Assembly: GCA_044229975.1 (NCBI GenBank)
Contig: JBGARZ010000008.1
Location: 64,001 to 128,000, forward strand
Direction: 5' to 3'
Origin: Polyangiales bacterium
GTDB taxonomy: Bacteria; Myxococcota_A; Polyangia; Polyangiales; Ga0077539
DNA: 64,000 nt
Part shown: positions 28,805-36,905 of the stretch, piece after piece
Position numbering within the stretch: position 1 is the first letter of the stretch
Layout of the letters: every line of letters begins with the position of its first letter
Position numbers and translations under genes: made by a program
Notes under the pieces: model-generated
The model's input: the letters and a program-made list of their open reading frames with translations, nothing else
The model's database searches: none
What the model was told of the DNA's origin: nothing

Positions 28805-30013
28805 TCAGCTCTTCAGCACGCCGAGGCGCTTACCAATCGCAGTAAAAGCCGCGACGGCGTGGTCGAGGTCTTCGCGCTCGTGCACCGCCGAGAGCTGCAC
28901 GCGGATGCGCGCCTCGCCCTTGGGCACCACCGGGAAGAAGAACCCGATCACGTAGATGCCCTCGTCCAACAGCGCCGCGGCGAAGTCCTGCGCGAGTCGC
29001 GCGTCACCGAGCATCACCGGCACGATGGGGTGAAACCCCGGCTTCAGCGTGAAGCCCGCGCGGGTCATCGCCTCGCGGAAGTACAGCGCGTTGCCCATCA
29101 CCTTGTCGCGCAGCGCCGTGCTCTGCGAGAGCAGGTCGAGCACCGCGATGGACGCGCCCACGATGGACGGCGCCACCGTGTTGGAGAAGAGGTACGGTCG
29201 CGACCGCTGGCGCAGCAGCTCGACGACCTCCCTGCGCGACGCCGTGAAGCCGCCCGATGCGCCGCCGAGGGCCTTGCCCAGCGTCCCCGTGATGATGTCC
29301 ACCCGGCCCATCACGTTGCAGTGTTCGGCGGTGCCGCGGCCGGTCTTCCCGATGAAGCCCGTGGCGTGGCACTCGTCGATCATCACCAGCGCGTCGTACC
29401 TGTCCGCGAGGTCGCAGATGGCGTCGAGCTTCGCGAGGTAGCCGTCCATCGAGAACGCCCCGTCGGTCGCGATGAGCCGCGTGCGCTTGTCCTGCGTGGC
29501 CTTCAAGAGTTCTTCGAGCGCGGCCATGTCGCCGTTGGGGTAGCGGTGGCGGTCGGCCTTGCAGAGACGGATGCCGTCGATGATCGAGGCGTGGTTGAGC
29601 GCGTCGGAGATGACCGCGTCCTCCTCGCCGAGGATCGTCTCGAACAAGCCTCCGTTGGCGTCGAAGGCCGAGCCGTAGAGGATGGCGTCTTCGGTTCCGA
29701 GGAAGGCGGCGAGCTTGCGTTCGAGGGTCTTGTGGAGATCCTGCGTGCCGCAGATGAAGCGCACCGACGAGAGGCCGAAGCCGTGCGAGTCGATGGCCGC
29801 GTGGGCGGCCGCGATCACCGCGGGGTGGGCGCTCAGTCCGAGGTAGTTGTTGGCGCAGAAGTTCAGCACCTCGAGCTGCTTCGTCTCGCCCGGCGGGACC
29901 ACCCCGATGCGGGCGCCCTGCGGGCTCACGATGACCCGTTCGGTCTTGAAGAGACCGGCGGCGCGAATCTCGTCGAGGGTGCTGGCGAAGCGTTGCTGGG
30001 CGTTGCGGTACAT
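28805..30013 (-). CDS. kbl: Glycine C-acetyltransferase (2-amino-3-ketobutyrate CoA ligase)
   Basis: [47 protein letters not shown]. Confidence 0.96.
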   Translation of the reverse strand: MYRNAQQRFASTLDEIRAAGLFKTERVIVSPQGARIGVVPPGETKQLEVLNFCANNYLGLSAHPAVIAAAHAAIDSHGFGLSSVRFICGTQDLHKTLERKLAAFLGTEDAILYGSAFDANGGLFETILGEEDAVISDALNHASIIDGIRLCKADRHRYPNGDMAALEELLKATQDKRTRLIATDGAFSMDGYLAKLDAICDLADRYDALVMIDECHATGFIGKTGRGTAEHCNVMGRVDIITGTLGKALGGASGGFTASRREVVELLRQRSRPYLFSNTVAPSIVGASIAVLDLLSQSTALRDKVMGNALYFREAMTRAGFTLKPGFHPIVPVMLGDARLAQDFAAALLDEGIYVIGFFFPVVPKGEARIRVQLSAVHEREDLDHAVAAFTAIGKRLGVLKS

Positions 30014-30073
30014 CGGTCTTCCTCCGGGCCGTGCGACGGCGACCGGAGGGATATCAGACCGCGGGGACGGGCG

Positions 30074-31054
30074 TCACTGGATGCAGAACATCCCAGGAGC
30101 CGTGCAGATGTTGCGAAGCGGGTTGCAGCACACCATGCCCGCGGCGCAGGTGGTGGTTCCACAGCGCGGGCCCGTGGGGTTGGGCTGGCAGCGAACGCCC
30201 GCCGCGTCGGCGACGCAGGTGGTGCCCGCGGTGCAGCGCACGGTGGCGCAGCGGGTGATGCACGCCGGGCCCGAGTCGCTCTGGTAACACATCTGACCCG
30301 CGGGGCAGCCGGGGTTGCTGTTCTCGCAGGTGCGCGGAACGCAGTGGGCGCCGGTCGCATCGGCGACGCAGGTGGTGGTCGCCGTGCAGCGAACGGTGGC
30401 GCAGGCCGTGATGCACTGCGCGCCATCAGGGGTGTCCTGGCAGATGTTGCCCGGCGCACAGGTGGTGGTCGCGCAGGTGGGGCGCGGCGGCTGGCCGCAG
30501 CGGTAGCGGCAGGCGTTGGCCTCGCACGAGAAGTAGCCCACGCAGCGCGGGGTGATGAGGCCCTGCTCGGCGCACTGGTCAGCGTCGGAGCAGTACGAGG
30601 TGGCCTTGCGAAGGCGCGCGACGATGCGGCCGCCCTGCGCGAGGGTGAGCGTCGTGCCGTTGAGCGTGTACGCGTAGGCCGTCCCATAGAAGGGCGCCGC
30701 CTCGGGCGAGGGGCGGTCGGGGTGACGGAAGGTGAGGTTGCGGGTGCCGGCGGTCACGCGGCCTTCGAGGTGCGCCTGCGAGGGGCACGGCGTGGTGATG
30801 CAGCGGATGCCCGTGTCGACGTCGGCGAAGAAGTGCCGGCCCTGACCCTCAGGAGTGCGGGTGATCACGAGGCCCTGAAACGGACCGCTCACGTTGACCC
30901 AGGCGCCCGCGAGGCGTTCCCAGTCGCGGTTGCTGAGCTCGTCGGCCGTGACGTCGGTCTCGTCGAGGGTGTTGTCACCGCCGCCGATACAGCCGGCCGA
31001 GAGCGCGCCGACCACCAGGAGACCCGCGAAGCCGAAGAACGAAGAGCGCAACAT
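30074..31054 (-). CDS. Cys-rich lipoprotein
   Basis: LSAGC lipobox, GIRCITTPCP, duplicated CIT.CATVRCT..TTCVADA.G.C unit; start ATG 31054. Confidence 0.8.
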   Translation of the reverse strand: MLRSSFFGFAGLLVVGALSAGCIGGGDNTLDETDVTADELSNRDWERLAGAWVNVSGPFQGLVITRTPEGQGRHFFADVDTGIRCITTPCPSQAHLEGRVTAGTRNLTFRHPDRPSPEAAPFYGTAYAYTLNGTTLTLAQGGRIVARLRKATSYCSDADQCAEQGLITPRCVGYFSCEANACRYRCGQPPRPTCATTTCAPGNICQDTPDGAQCITACATVRCTATTTCVADATGAHCVPRTCENSNPGCPAGQMCYQSDSGPACITRCATVRCTAGTTCVADAAGVRCQPNPTGPRCGTTTCAAGMVCCNPLRNICTAPGMFCIQ

Positions 31055-31194
31055 GGATGAAAACCTCCTGAAAACAGGATGAACAGGTTGATGCGGACCC
31101 AAAGCCCGGGCGCTACCTAGCACCACTTGCACCTACATGGAAGTACCCCTTCCTTCATGGAGCAATCCGGGTGGATCGGAAGGGGCGGAGGGGC

Positions 31195-32385
31195 CTATCG
31201 GGTGGGGTCGCGGAAGGCAGGCCCGCGACGTGGTGCCCGACGCTGCACCTCGGCGAGGAGCCCGGTGAGGTTTTCGCAGACGGGCGTCGGCGGCGTCGGG
31301 GTGACGCGGGCGCGCAGGGCCTGGACACGCTCGGCGGCTTGCGTGAGCCGGGCGTGGAAGCCCTCGTCCTCGGCGGCGCGGCGAGCCATCGCGTGGCGGG
31401 CCTCCTCGGCCTGCGTCGGGGAGTGGGCGATGGTGATGAGGTCGTTGCCCGCGGCCATCGCCCGCACGGCGGCCGCAGCGACTCCCCAGGTGTCGCGGAC
31501 GGGAGCCATCTCCAGGTCGTCGGTGACGGCCACACCGCGTACGCCCGCCACGTCGCGCAACAGGTCCGTCACGCAGCGGGCGGAGAGCGACGCGGGGAAG
31601 TCGCGGTCGACGCCCTCGTAGACGACGTGCGCGACCATCACGGCCGCGACGGTCGAGGCCACGGCCTGGAAGGGGATGAGCTCCACGCGGCGCAGCGACT
31701 CCACCGTCGCCGAGACGCGGGGGAGGACGTGGTGGGAGTCCTCGCGCGTTCCGCCGTGACCGGGGAAGTGCTTGGCGCAGGCGAGCACGCCGGTCGCCTG
31801 CATCGCGCGCACGAAGACCTCGCCGTGACGCGCGACCTTCGCCGCGTCGCCACCAAAGACGCGACCCGGGACCACCCCGTTGTTGGGGTCGGTGCACACG
31901 TCGAGGACGGGCGCGAGGTTCATGGAGACGCCCACGTCGAGGAGGCTGCGGCCCAGCGCGGCAGCGACGCGGCCGGTGAGCTCGACGTCGTCGATGGACC
32001 CGAGCGTGGTGAGCGACGGAAGACGAACGAGCGGCGGCGAGAGGTGCGAGACGGCGCCGCCCTCCTGGTCGCTCGCGATGATGATGGGAGGCGTTCCGGT
32101 CGGGCGGCGGGCGTTGATGGCGGCCGTGAGGACACACAACGCAGCGGCCGATGGGGCGTTGTCGCGGGTGAGGATGACCGCGCCGAGGGCTCCTTCGGCG
32201 ATGCGATGGGCGGCCCATGGATGGAGGCCGCGGGTGCGCCAGCCCGCGAGGAGGCAGCGGCCGGCGAGCGCGAGGAGTTCGGGCGGTGGCGGCGGGAGCG
32301 CGGCGATCGGGCGGCGGAGCTGCGCGAGGGAGGTCGCGCCGTGCAGGCCCAGGGTGATCGCGGCGAGGGCCGTTCGTCGGTGCAT
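31195..32385 (-). CDS. nagZ: GH3 beta-N-acetylhexosaminidase
   Basis: SDQEGG, APVLD, KHFPGHG, DSH, TDDLEM; N-terminal RR. Confidence 0.88.
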   Translation of the reverse strand: MHRRTALAAITLGLHGATSLAQLRRPIAALPPPPPELLALAGRCLLAGWRTRGLHPWAAHRIAEGALGAVILTRDNAPSAAALCVLTAAINARRPTGTPPIIIASDQEGGAVSHLSPPLVRLPSLTTLGSIDDVELTGRVAAALGRSLLDVGVSMNLAPVLDVCTDPNNGVVPGRVFGGDAAKVARHGEVFVRAMQATGVLACAKHFPGHGGTREDSHHVLPRVSATVESLRRVELIPFQAVASTVAAVMVAHVVYEGVDRDFPASLSARCVTDLLRDVAGVRGVAVTDDLEMAPVRDTWGVAAAAVRAMAAGNDLITIAHSPTQAEEARHAMARRAAEDEGFHARLTQAAERVQALRARVTPTPPTPVCENLTGLLAEVQRRAPRRGPAFRDPTR

Positions 32386-32461
32386 CGGGTGGTGGAGGGT
32401 GCTCGGCAGGGGGAGGAGGGCCCTTGCGGTGGAGCGAGGCGGAGGGTACCTGACGCGGACC

Positions 32462-33394
32462 ATGTCGGAGAAGCCCGCAGTGAGTGAAGGTCCGAGCGCG
32501 CCCCAACTGCCCGAGATGCCACGGCTGAAGTGGCAGAACCTCGCCGTCATCGGCGCCGTCATCGTCGGCATCTGGGTGATGGTGATTGCCAGCGGGTCCA
32601 AGGTCGCCCTCGGGGTGACGGCAGTGCTCACGCTGGCGCTCGCGGGCGCGGGCATCTGGGTGTGGCGCTTCATCACGAAGCAGCAGGCGCTGATGAAGAT
32701 CGCGCAGAAGGGGACCGCGAGCCCGGAGGGGCGCGAGGAGGCCCTGAAGGAGCTGGCCGCAGCGGGCGACAAGGACGTCATGAACGTCGTGCTGCGCGCG
32801 CAGTTGGAGGCGCAGACGGACCCCGATCAGGCGCTGGCGACGCTCAACAAGATCGACATGAAGAAGGTTCCGGCGCTGGCGGTGGACCAGGTGCGGGGAC
32901 TGAAGGCGCAGCTCCTGCTGCTCAACGGCGGACTCGACGAGGCGAAGTCGCTGTGCGCGGACATCCAGCCGAGCAAGGCGCAGGACGCGGCCTCGCGGGG
33001 CATGCTCGCGGCGACGGTGGCCGAGACCTGGGCGCGCACCGGGCGCGGGAAGGAAGCGCGGGAGATGCTCGCGACCATCTCACCCGACGACAAGGCGTAC
33101 GAGCAGTCGAAGATCCCGCTGCTCATCGCGCGGGTGTTCGCCAACTACGCGGAGACCAAGAACGGCCTCGTGCGCAAGGACCTCACCGCCCTCGCCAAGG
33201 AGAACATCAACCTGCTGGGGAGGTTCATGGACCCGCGCTTCAAGACCGAGGCGGGGCTCACCAAGATCGCGCAGGAGATCATCATGAGCGACCCCGAGAT
33301 GCAGAAGATGGCGATGAAGATGTCCGGTGGCGGTGGTGGTGGTGGCGGCGGTCGCGGACGACCGGGCACCTCGATGCGACCGACGCGTCGGTAG
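32462..33394 (+). CDS. Two-TM protein with TPR-like helical domain
   Basis: Two N-terminal TMs, Lys/Ala-rich helices, strong coding bias; ATG 32462. Confidence 0.75.
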   Translation: MSEKPAVSEGPSAPQLPEMPRLKWQNLAVIGAVIVGIWVMVIASGSKVALGVTAVLTLALAGAGIWVWRFITKQQALMKIAQKGTASPEGREEALKELAAAGDKDVMNVVLRAQLEAQTDPDQALATLNKIDMKKVPALAVDQVRGLKAQLLLLNGGLDEAKSLCADIQPSKAQDAASRGMLAATVAETWARTGRGKEAREMLATISPDDKAYEQSKIPLLIARVFANYAETKNGLVRKDLTALAKENINLLGRFMDPRFKTEAGLTKIAQEIIMSDPEMQKMAMKMSGGGGGGGGGRGRPGTSMRPTRR

Positions 33395-33395
33395 C

Positions 33396-34754
33396 TCAGC
33401 GTCGCTCGTCCACTCGCGGCAACGACCGCAGCCCCACCACCAGCGCCAACGCCACCAGCGCACTGACCGCCACGGTTCCAGATCGCATCGCCGAGGCGCG
33501 TCGCGTGAGGTCGATGGTCGGGCTCGCGAGCGCTCCGTAGAGGGCGCTGCCGGTGAGCAGCCCGAGGTTGGTCACCAGCGACAGCAGCGCCTGCGCCCGC
33601 GCGCCATCTGCACCACCCACCACGCCGACGAGGTGACGAATGGGTCCGCCCGAGAGCGTGCAGATGCCCGCCCCGATGACCGCCGACGTCAACGCATACG
33701 CGGGGCGTGACCCGGGTGCCCACGCGAGCGCCCACGCGCCAACCACGATCGCCGCGCCCGTGACCCTCACCACCTGCCGCGCACCGAGGCGGTCGATGAC
33801 CACGGCCGCGAGCACGGTGCCCACGAGGCCCGCCAGCACGAAGGGCAGGCTCCACGGCCCCACCTGCGACGGGGCGATGCCGACCACCACCGCCGCGTAG
33901 CTCGGGAGCGACACCGCGAACACCTGCCCCGCCCCCGTCGCGAGCGCGAGCACGCAGGTCGCGCGCACCACCGGCTCACGCAACAGACCCAACGGGACGA
34001 AGGGCTGCGCCACGCGACGCCCCGACGCCACGCTCGCCGAGAAGAACACCACCGCGGCCAGCACCGCTGCCACGAGCACGGGCGCTCCGAGCGCGCCGCC
34101 GCGCATCTGCCAGATCACGACAGCGAGCGAGGCCACCGTCGCGCACCACAGCGCGAAGCCGCGCAGGTCGAAGGGCGCCGGCTCCGTCGGGCGCTGCGAG
34201 GGGAGGAGCAGCGCCGTGAGCGCACCGCCCGCGAGCGACGCGACCGCGAGACCGGCGTAGAGGGCTCGCCAGGCGCGCGCGCCCACCACCGACCCGAAGG
34301 CCGACGCCACCAGGAAGGCCACGCCGTACGCCAGCCCGAGCAGCATGATGGCCCGACCGCGACGCTCCGCGGGGACCGACGCCGCCAGCGTCGCCGTCGC
34401 CAACGGGAGCAGCGGGCTCGCGCCGAGGCCCTGCATCCAACGACCCGCGCACGCCGCCACGATGCCGTGCGACGAGGCCGTCACCAGCGCCCCGACGGTG
34501 TACACGGCGAAGCCCAGCGACAGCGCGCGCGAGGCGCCGTGGCGGGCGTTGATCCACGCGGTCGTGGGGTTGCCGAGCAGGGTGCCGACGACGTACGCGC
34601 TGAGGAGACCGGCGGCCTGCGCGTCGTCGAGGCCGAGGCCCGCGCGCAGCGAGGGGAGCGCCGGACCGAAGCTGCCTCCGTCGAGGCCCGTGAGCATCGC
34701 GGCGAGCGCGAGCGTCACCGTCCCCCGCGCTGCTGCTTCCGATGATTGACGCAC
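33396..34754 (-). CDS. MFS transporter (DHA2-like)
   Basis: About 14 TMs, GRWMQGLG, ERRGRA, PFD..G, DRLGAR. Confidence 0.85.
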   Translation of the reverse strand: MRQSSEAAARGTVTLALAAMLTGLDGGSFGPALPSLRAGLGLDDAQAAGLLSAYVVGTLLGNPTTAWINARHGASRALSLGFAVYTVGALVTASSHGIVAACAGRWMQGLGASPLLPLATATLAASVPAERRGRAIMLLGLAYGVAFLVASAFGSVVGARAWRALYAGLAVASLAGGALTALLLPSQRPTEPAPFDLRGFALWCATVASLAVVIWQMRGGALGAPVLVAAVLAAVVFFSASVASGRRVAQPFVPLGLLREPVVRATCVLALATGAGQVFAVSLPSYAAVVVGIAPSQVGPWSLPFVLAGLVGTVLAAVVIDRLGARQVVRVTGAAIVVGAWALAWAPGSRPAYALTSAVIGAGICTLSGGPIRHLVGVVGGADGARAQALLSLVTNLGLLTGSALYGALASPTIDLTRRASAMRSGTVAVSALVALALVVGLRSLPRVDERR

Positions 34755-34791
34755 CTCGACGGCGCACGATACACGCGAGCGGAGGAGACAC

Positions 34792-35724
34792 GTGGGAACA
34801 CTCGTTCGCCTCGCCCCAACACCCCTGTGGGTCGCGCTCGGCTGGGTCTACGCCTTCATCGCCGTGAGCACCGCGGTGGCGATGTCCATCCCCCGCGTGC
34901 GGCGCTCGCCCGCCGTGCGCGCGCCCATCCTCGCCTGGTGGCCCGTGAGCGTCGTCGGAACCCTCGCGGTCTACTTCGGTCGACTGCCAACGGTGGTCGT
35001 CCTCGCGGCGGTGAGCGCGGGCGTGTACCGCGAGGCCCTCGCGCTCGTCGGCCTCCCCCCGCGGCTGCACCGCGCGCTCTGGGTCATCGGCGTGGCGCTC
35101 ACGGCGACCGTCCACGGGCTCATGCTGGTCGACGGGTCGGTCGCGACGGCGGTGGCGATGGGGGTCCCGCTGGCGGTGGTTCCGGCGGTGCACCTCGCGA
35201 TGGAGGGGAGCGCGGGCTTCGTGCGCGGGGCGGGCGGCGCGCAGTGGGCGATGCTCGCGACGGTGGGGCTGTTCTCCTTCGCCGCGCGGCTCGTCACGGG
35301 CGACGCGGGTGGGCCGTATGGAGGGCTGGGCGCGGGGTACGTGTTCTTCGTGCTGGTGATGTTGTCCGACGCGACGCAGTGGCTCGGTGGGAAGCTCTTC
35401 GGGCGACGGCCGCTCATCCCGCGGGTGTCGCCCAAGAAGACCTGGGAGGGCTTCCTCTTCGGCGCGGCGGCGTGTGCGCTCGCCGGTGCCCTCGCGGTGC
35501 CCTCGATGATGGGACTGTCGCGTGCGCTGGGCGCGGCGCTCGGGACGAGCGTGGTGGCGCTCGGACTGCTCGGTGACCTCATCGCGTCAGGGTGGAAGCG
35601 CGACGCCGGGGTGAAGGACTCCGGCAACGTCATCCCAGGCCAAGGGGGATTGCTCGACCGCTGCGACAGCATCCTCTTCGTGGCCCCGTGGTTCTATGCC
35701 TTCGTCGTCGCGACCCGGCCATGA
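34792..35724 (+). CDS. cdsA: Phosphatidate cytidylyltransferase
   Basis: SD...W..GK.FG, SPKKTWEG, KRDAGVKDSG..IPG.GG.LDR.DS. Confidence 0.88.
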   Translation: MGTLVRLAPTPLWVALGWVYAFIAVSTAVAMSIPRVRRSPAVRAPILAWWPVSVVGTLAVYFGRLPTVVVLAAVSAGVYREALALVGLPPRLHRALWVIGVALTATVHGLMLVDGSVATAVAMGVPLAVVPAVHLAMEGSAGFVRGAGGAQWAMLATVGLFSFAARLVTGDAGGPYGGLGAGYVFFVLVMLSDATQWLGGKLFGRRPLIPRVSPKKTWEGFLFGAAACALAGALAVPSMMGLSRALGAALGTSVVALGLLGDLIASGWKRDAGVKDSGNVIPGQGGLLDRCDSILFVAPWFYAFVVATRP

Positions 35725-36296
35725 ACCCCGCCCACGCCCTCACCCTCCTCTCCGCCGCGTCGGCCCTCACGGGCGTGCTCACGCTGGTGGTCGTTCGTGG
35801 GCCCGTGGCCGTCGCGGTCGCGGTCACCTGCGCGGCCCTCTCGATGCTGCTCGATCGCGTCGACGGCGCCGTCGCGCGCAAGCTCGGGCTCGTCTCTCCG
35901 ATGGGCGCGCAGCTCGACAGCCTCGCCGACCTGCTGGCCTTCGGCGCGCTTCCGGCGGTGATCGTCGTCGCACGACACCCGTCGCTCATCGCGGGTGCGA
36001 TCGCGGTGCTCTACGGGCTCGGCGCGGTGTGGCGGCTCGCGCGCTACGAAGAGGGCGAGCTGGTCGTCGGGCGATGGGGGGAGACGTTCAAGGGGGTTCC
36101 GACGCCGGCAGCAGCGGGAGCGGTGCTCGTGGCTGTGACGGTCGGTGTGGCGGAGCTGCCGATGGTGCTCGCGATGGCGGTGCTGATGCCGTCGGCGGTG
36201 CGCTATCCGAAGCGCGGCATCGGGGCGTGGCCGTGGATGGTGATGGTTCCGCTGGCGGTGGTCGCGCAGTGGTGGCGGGTGCTCGCGGGGCGATAG
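35721..36296 (+). CDS. pssA: CDP-alcohol phosphatidyltransferase (PssA-like)
   Basis: DRVDGAVAR...G..LDSLAD, RLARY, FKGVPTPAAA; ATGA overlap with cdsA. Confidence 0.75.
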   Translation: MNPAHALTLLSAASALTGVLTLVVVRGPVAVAVAVTCAALSMLLDRVDGAVARKLGLVSPMGAQLDSLADLLAFGALPAVIVVARHPSLIAGAIAVLYGLGAVWRLARYEEGELVVGRWGETFKGVPTPAAAGAVLVAVTVGVAELPMVLAMAVLMPSAVRYPKRGIGAWPWMVMVPLAVVAQWWRVLAGR

Positions 36297-36307
36297 GGAG
36301 GTGTGAC

Positions 36308-36589
36308 GTGAGAGGGAGCGAGGCCCGTTCGACGCTGCTGCTGTTGGCCGTGGTGTGCGCGACGCTCGCGCATGCGCGGCGCGGCGAGGCTCTGAGTTGC
36401 GAGCTACCGACGGAGCGATTCACGGCGACGCTCGTCTCGGTGACCGTCAACGGCGTGCCGGTGAGCGAGCTCGCCCCATGGCAGCGCCACGACATCAGCG
36501 TGATCGGAGCGGGCAACGACGGGCTGTCGTTCAACGCGTATCGGAGCGGTGAGGCGTCGGCCTATGGGTACCTGGGGCGGGTGCCGTGA
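36308..36589 (+). CDS. Small secreted protein A (paralog of 39970-40251)
   Basis: Signal-like N-terminus ending GEA|LSC; GGAGG upstream of GTG; clear paralog in the window. Confidence 0.75.
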   Translation: MRGSEARSTLLLLAVVCATLAHARRGEALSCELPTERFTATLVSVTVNGVPVSELAPWQRHDISVIGAGNDGLSFNAYRSGEASAYGYLGRVP

Positions 36590-36852
36590 AGTGGGTCGCG
36601 CTGGTGTTGCTGGCGATGACGGTGGGCTGCGAGGCGTGTCCCGACTACGGTGACGCGGCGCCGCTGCGGGGCGGGGAATTTCGCGGCGTTCTGTCGGGTG
36701 CGTCGCCGACGGGCGGGTCGACCTTCCCCGCGGTGGGCGCCGAGGTCACCGCGACCGTCGACCGCGACGCGGGAACGCTCGTGCTGCGATGGATCGCGGC
36801 CGATGGAGGCGTGGTCGTGGAGACCCGGCGGATGATCGCCGTCGCTCGGTAG
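36586..36852 (+). CDS. Small lipoprotein B (paralog of 40248-40550)
   Basis: TVGC lipobox, CPDYGD, ATVDR.AGT; GTGA overlap with A. Confidence 0.75.
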   Translation: MKWVALVLLAMTVGCEACPDYGDAAPLRGGEFRGVLSGASPTGGSTFPAVGAEVTATVDRDAGTLVLRWIAADGGVVVETRRMIAVAR

Positions 36853-36905
36853 CGCTCTCTTCCGCGTGATAGCGTCGGTCGTTGCTCCGAACCGGGGATG
36901 TGACG

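Noticed and set aside
28607..31060. Long ORFs antisense to or overlapping real genes (also 3384-5144, 4835-6835, 36645-38582, 44782-46968, 55786-57891, 59285-61459)
   Set aside because: Shadow frames expected at high GC; they have no motifs, and the other frame carries clear family signatures.
36308..36852. Small Cys-containing ORFs as RiPP precursors
   Set aside because: They carry Sec/lipoprotein signals and no maturation enzymes are nearby.
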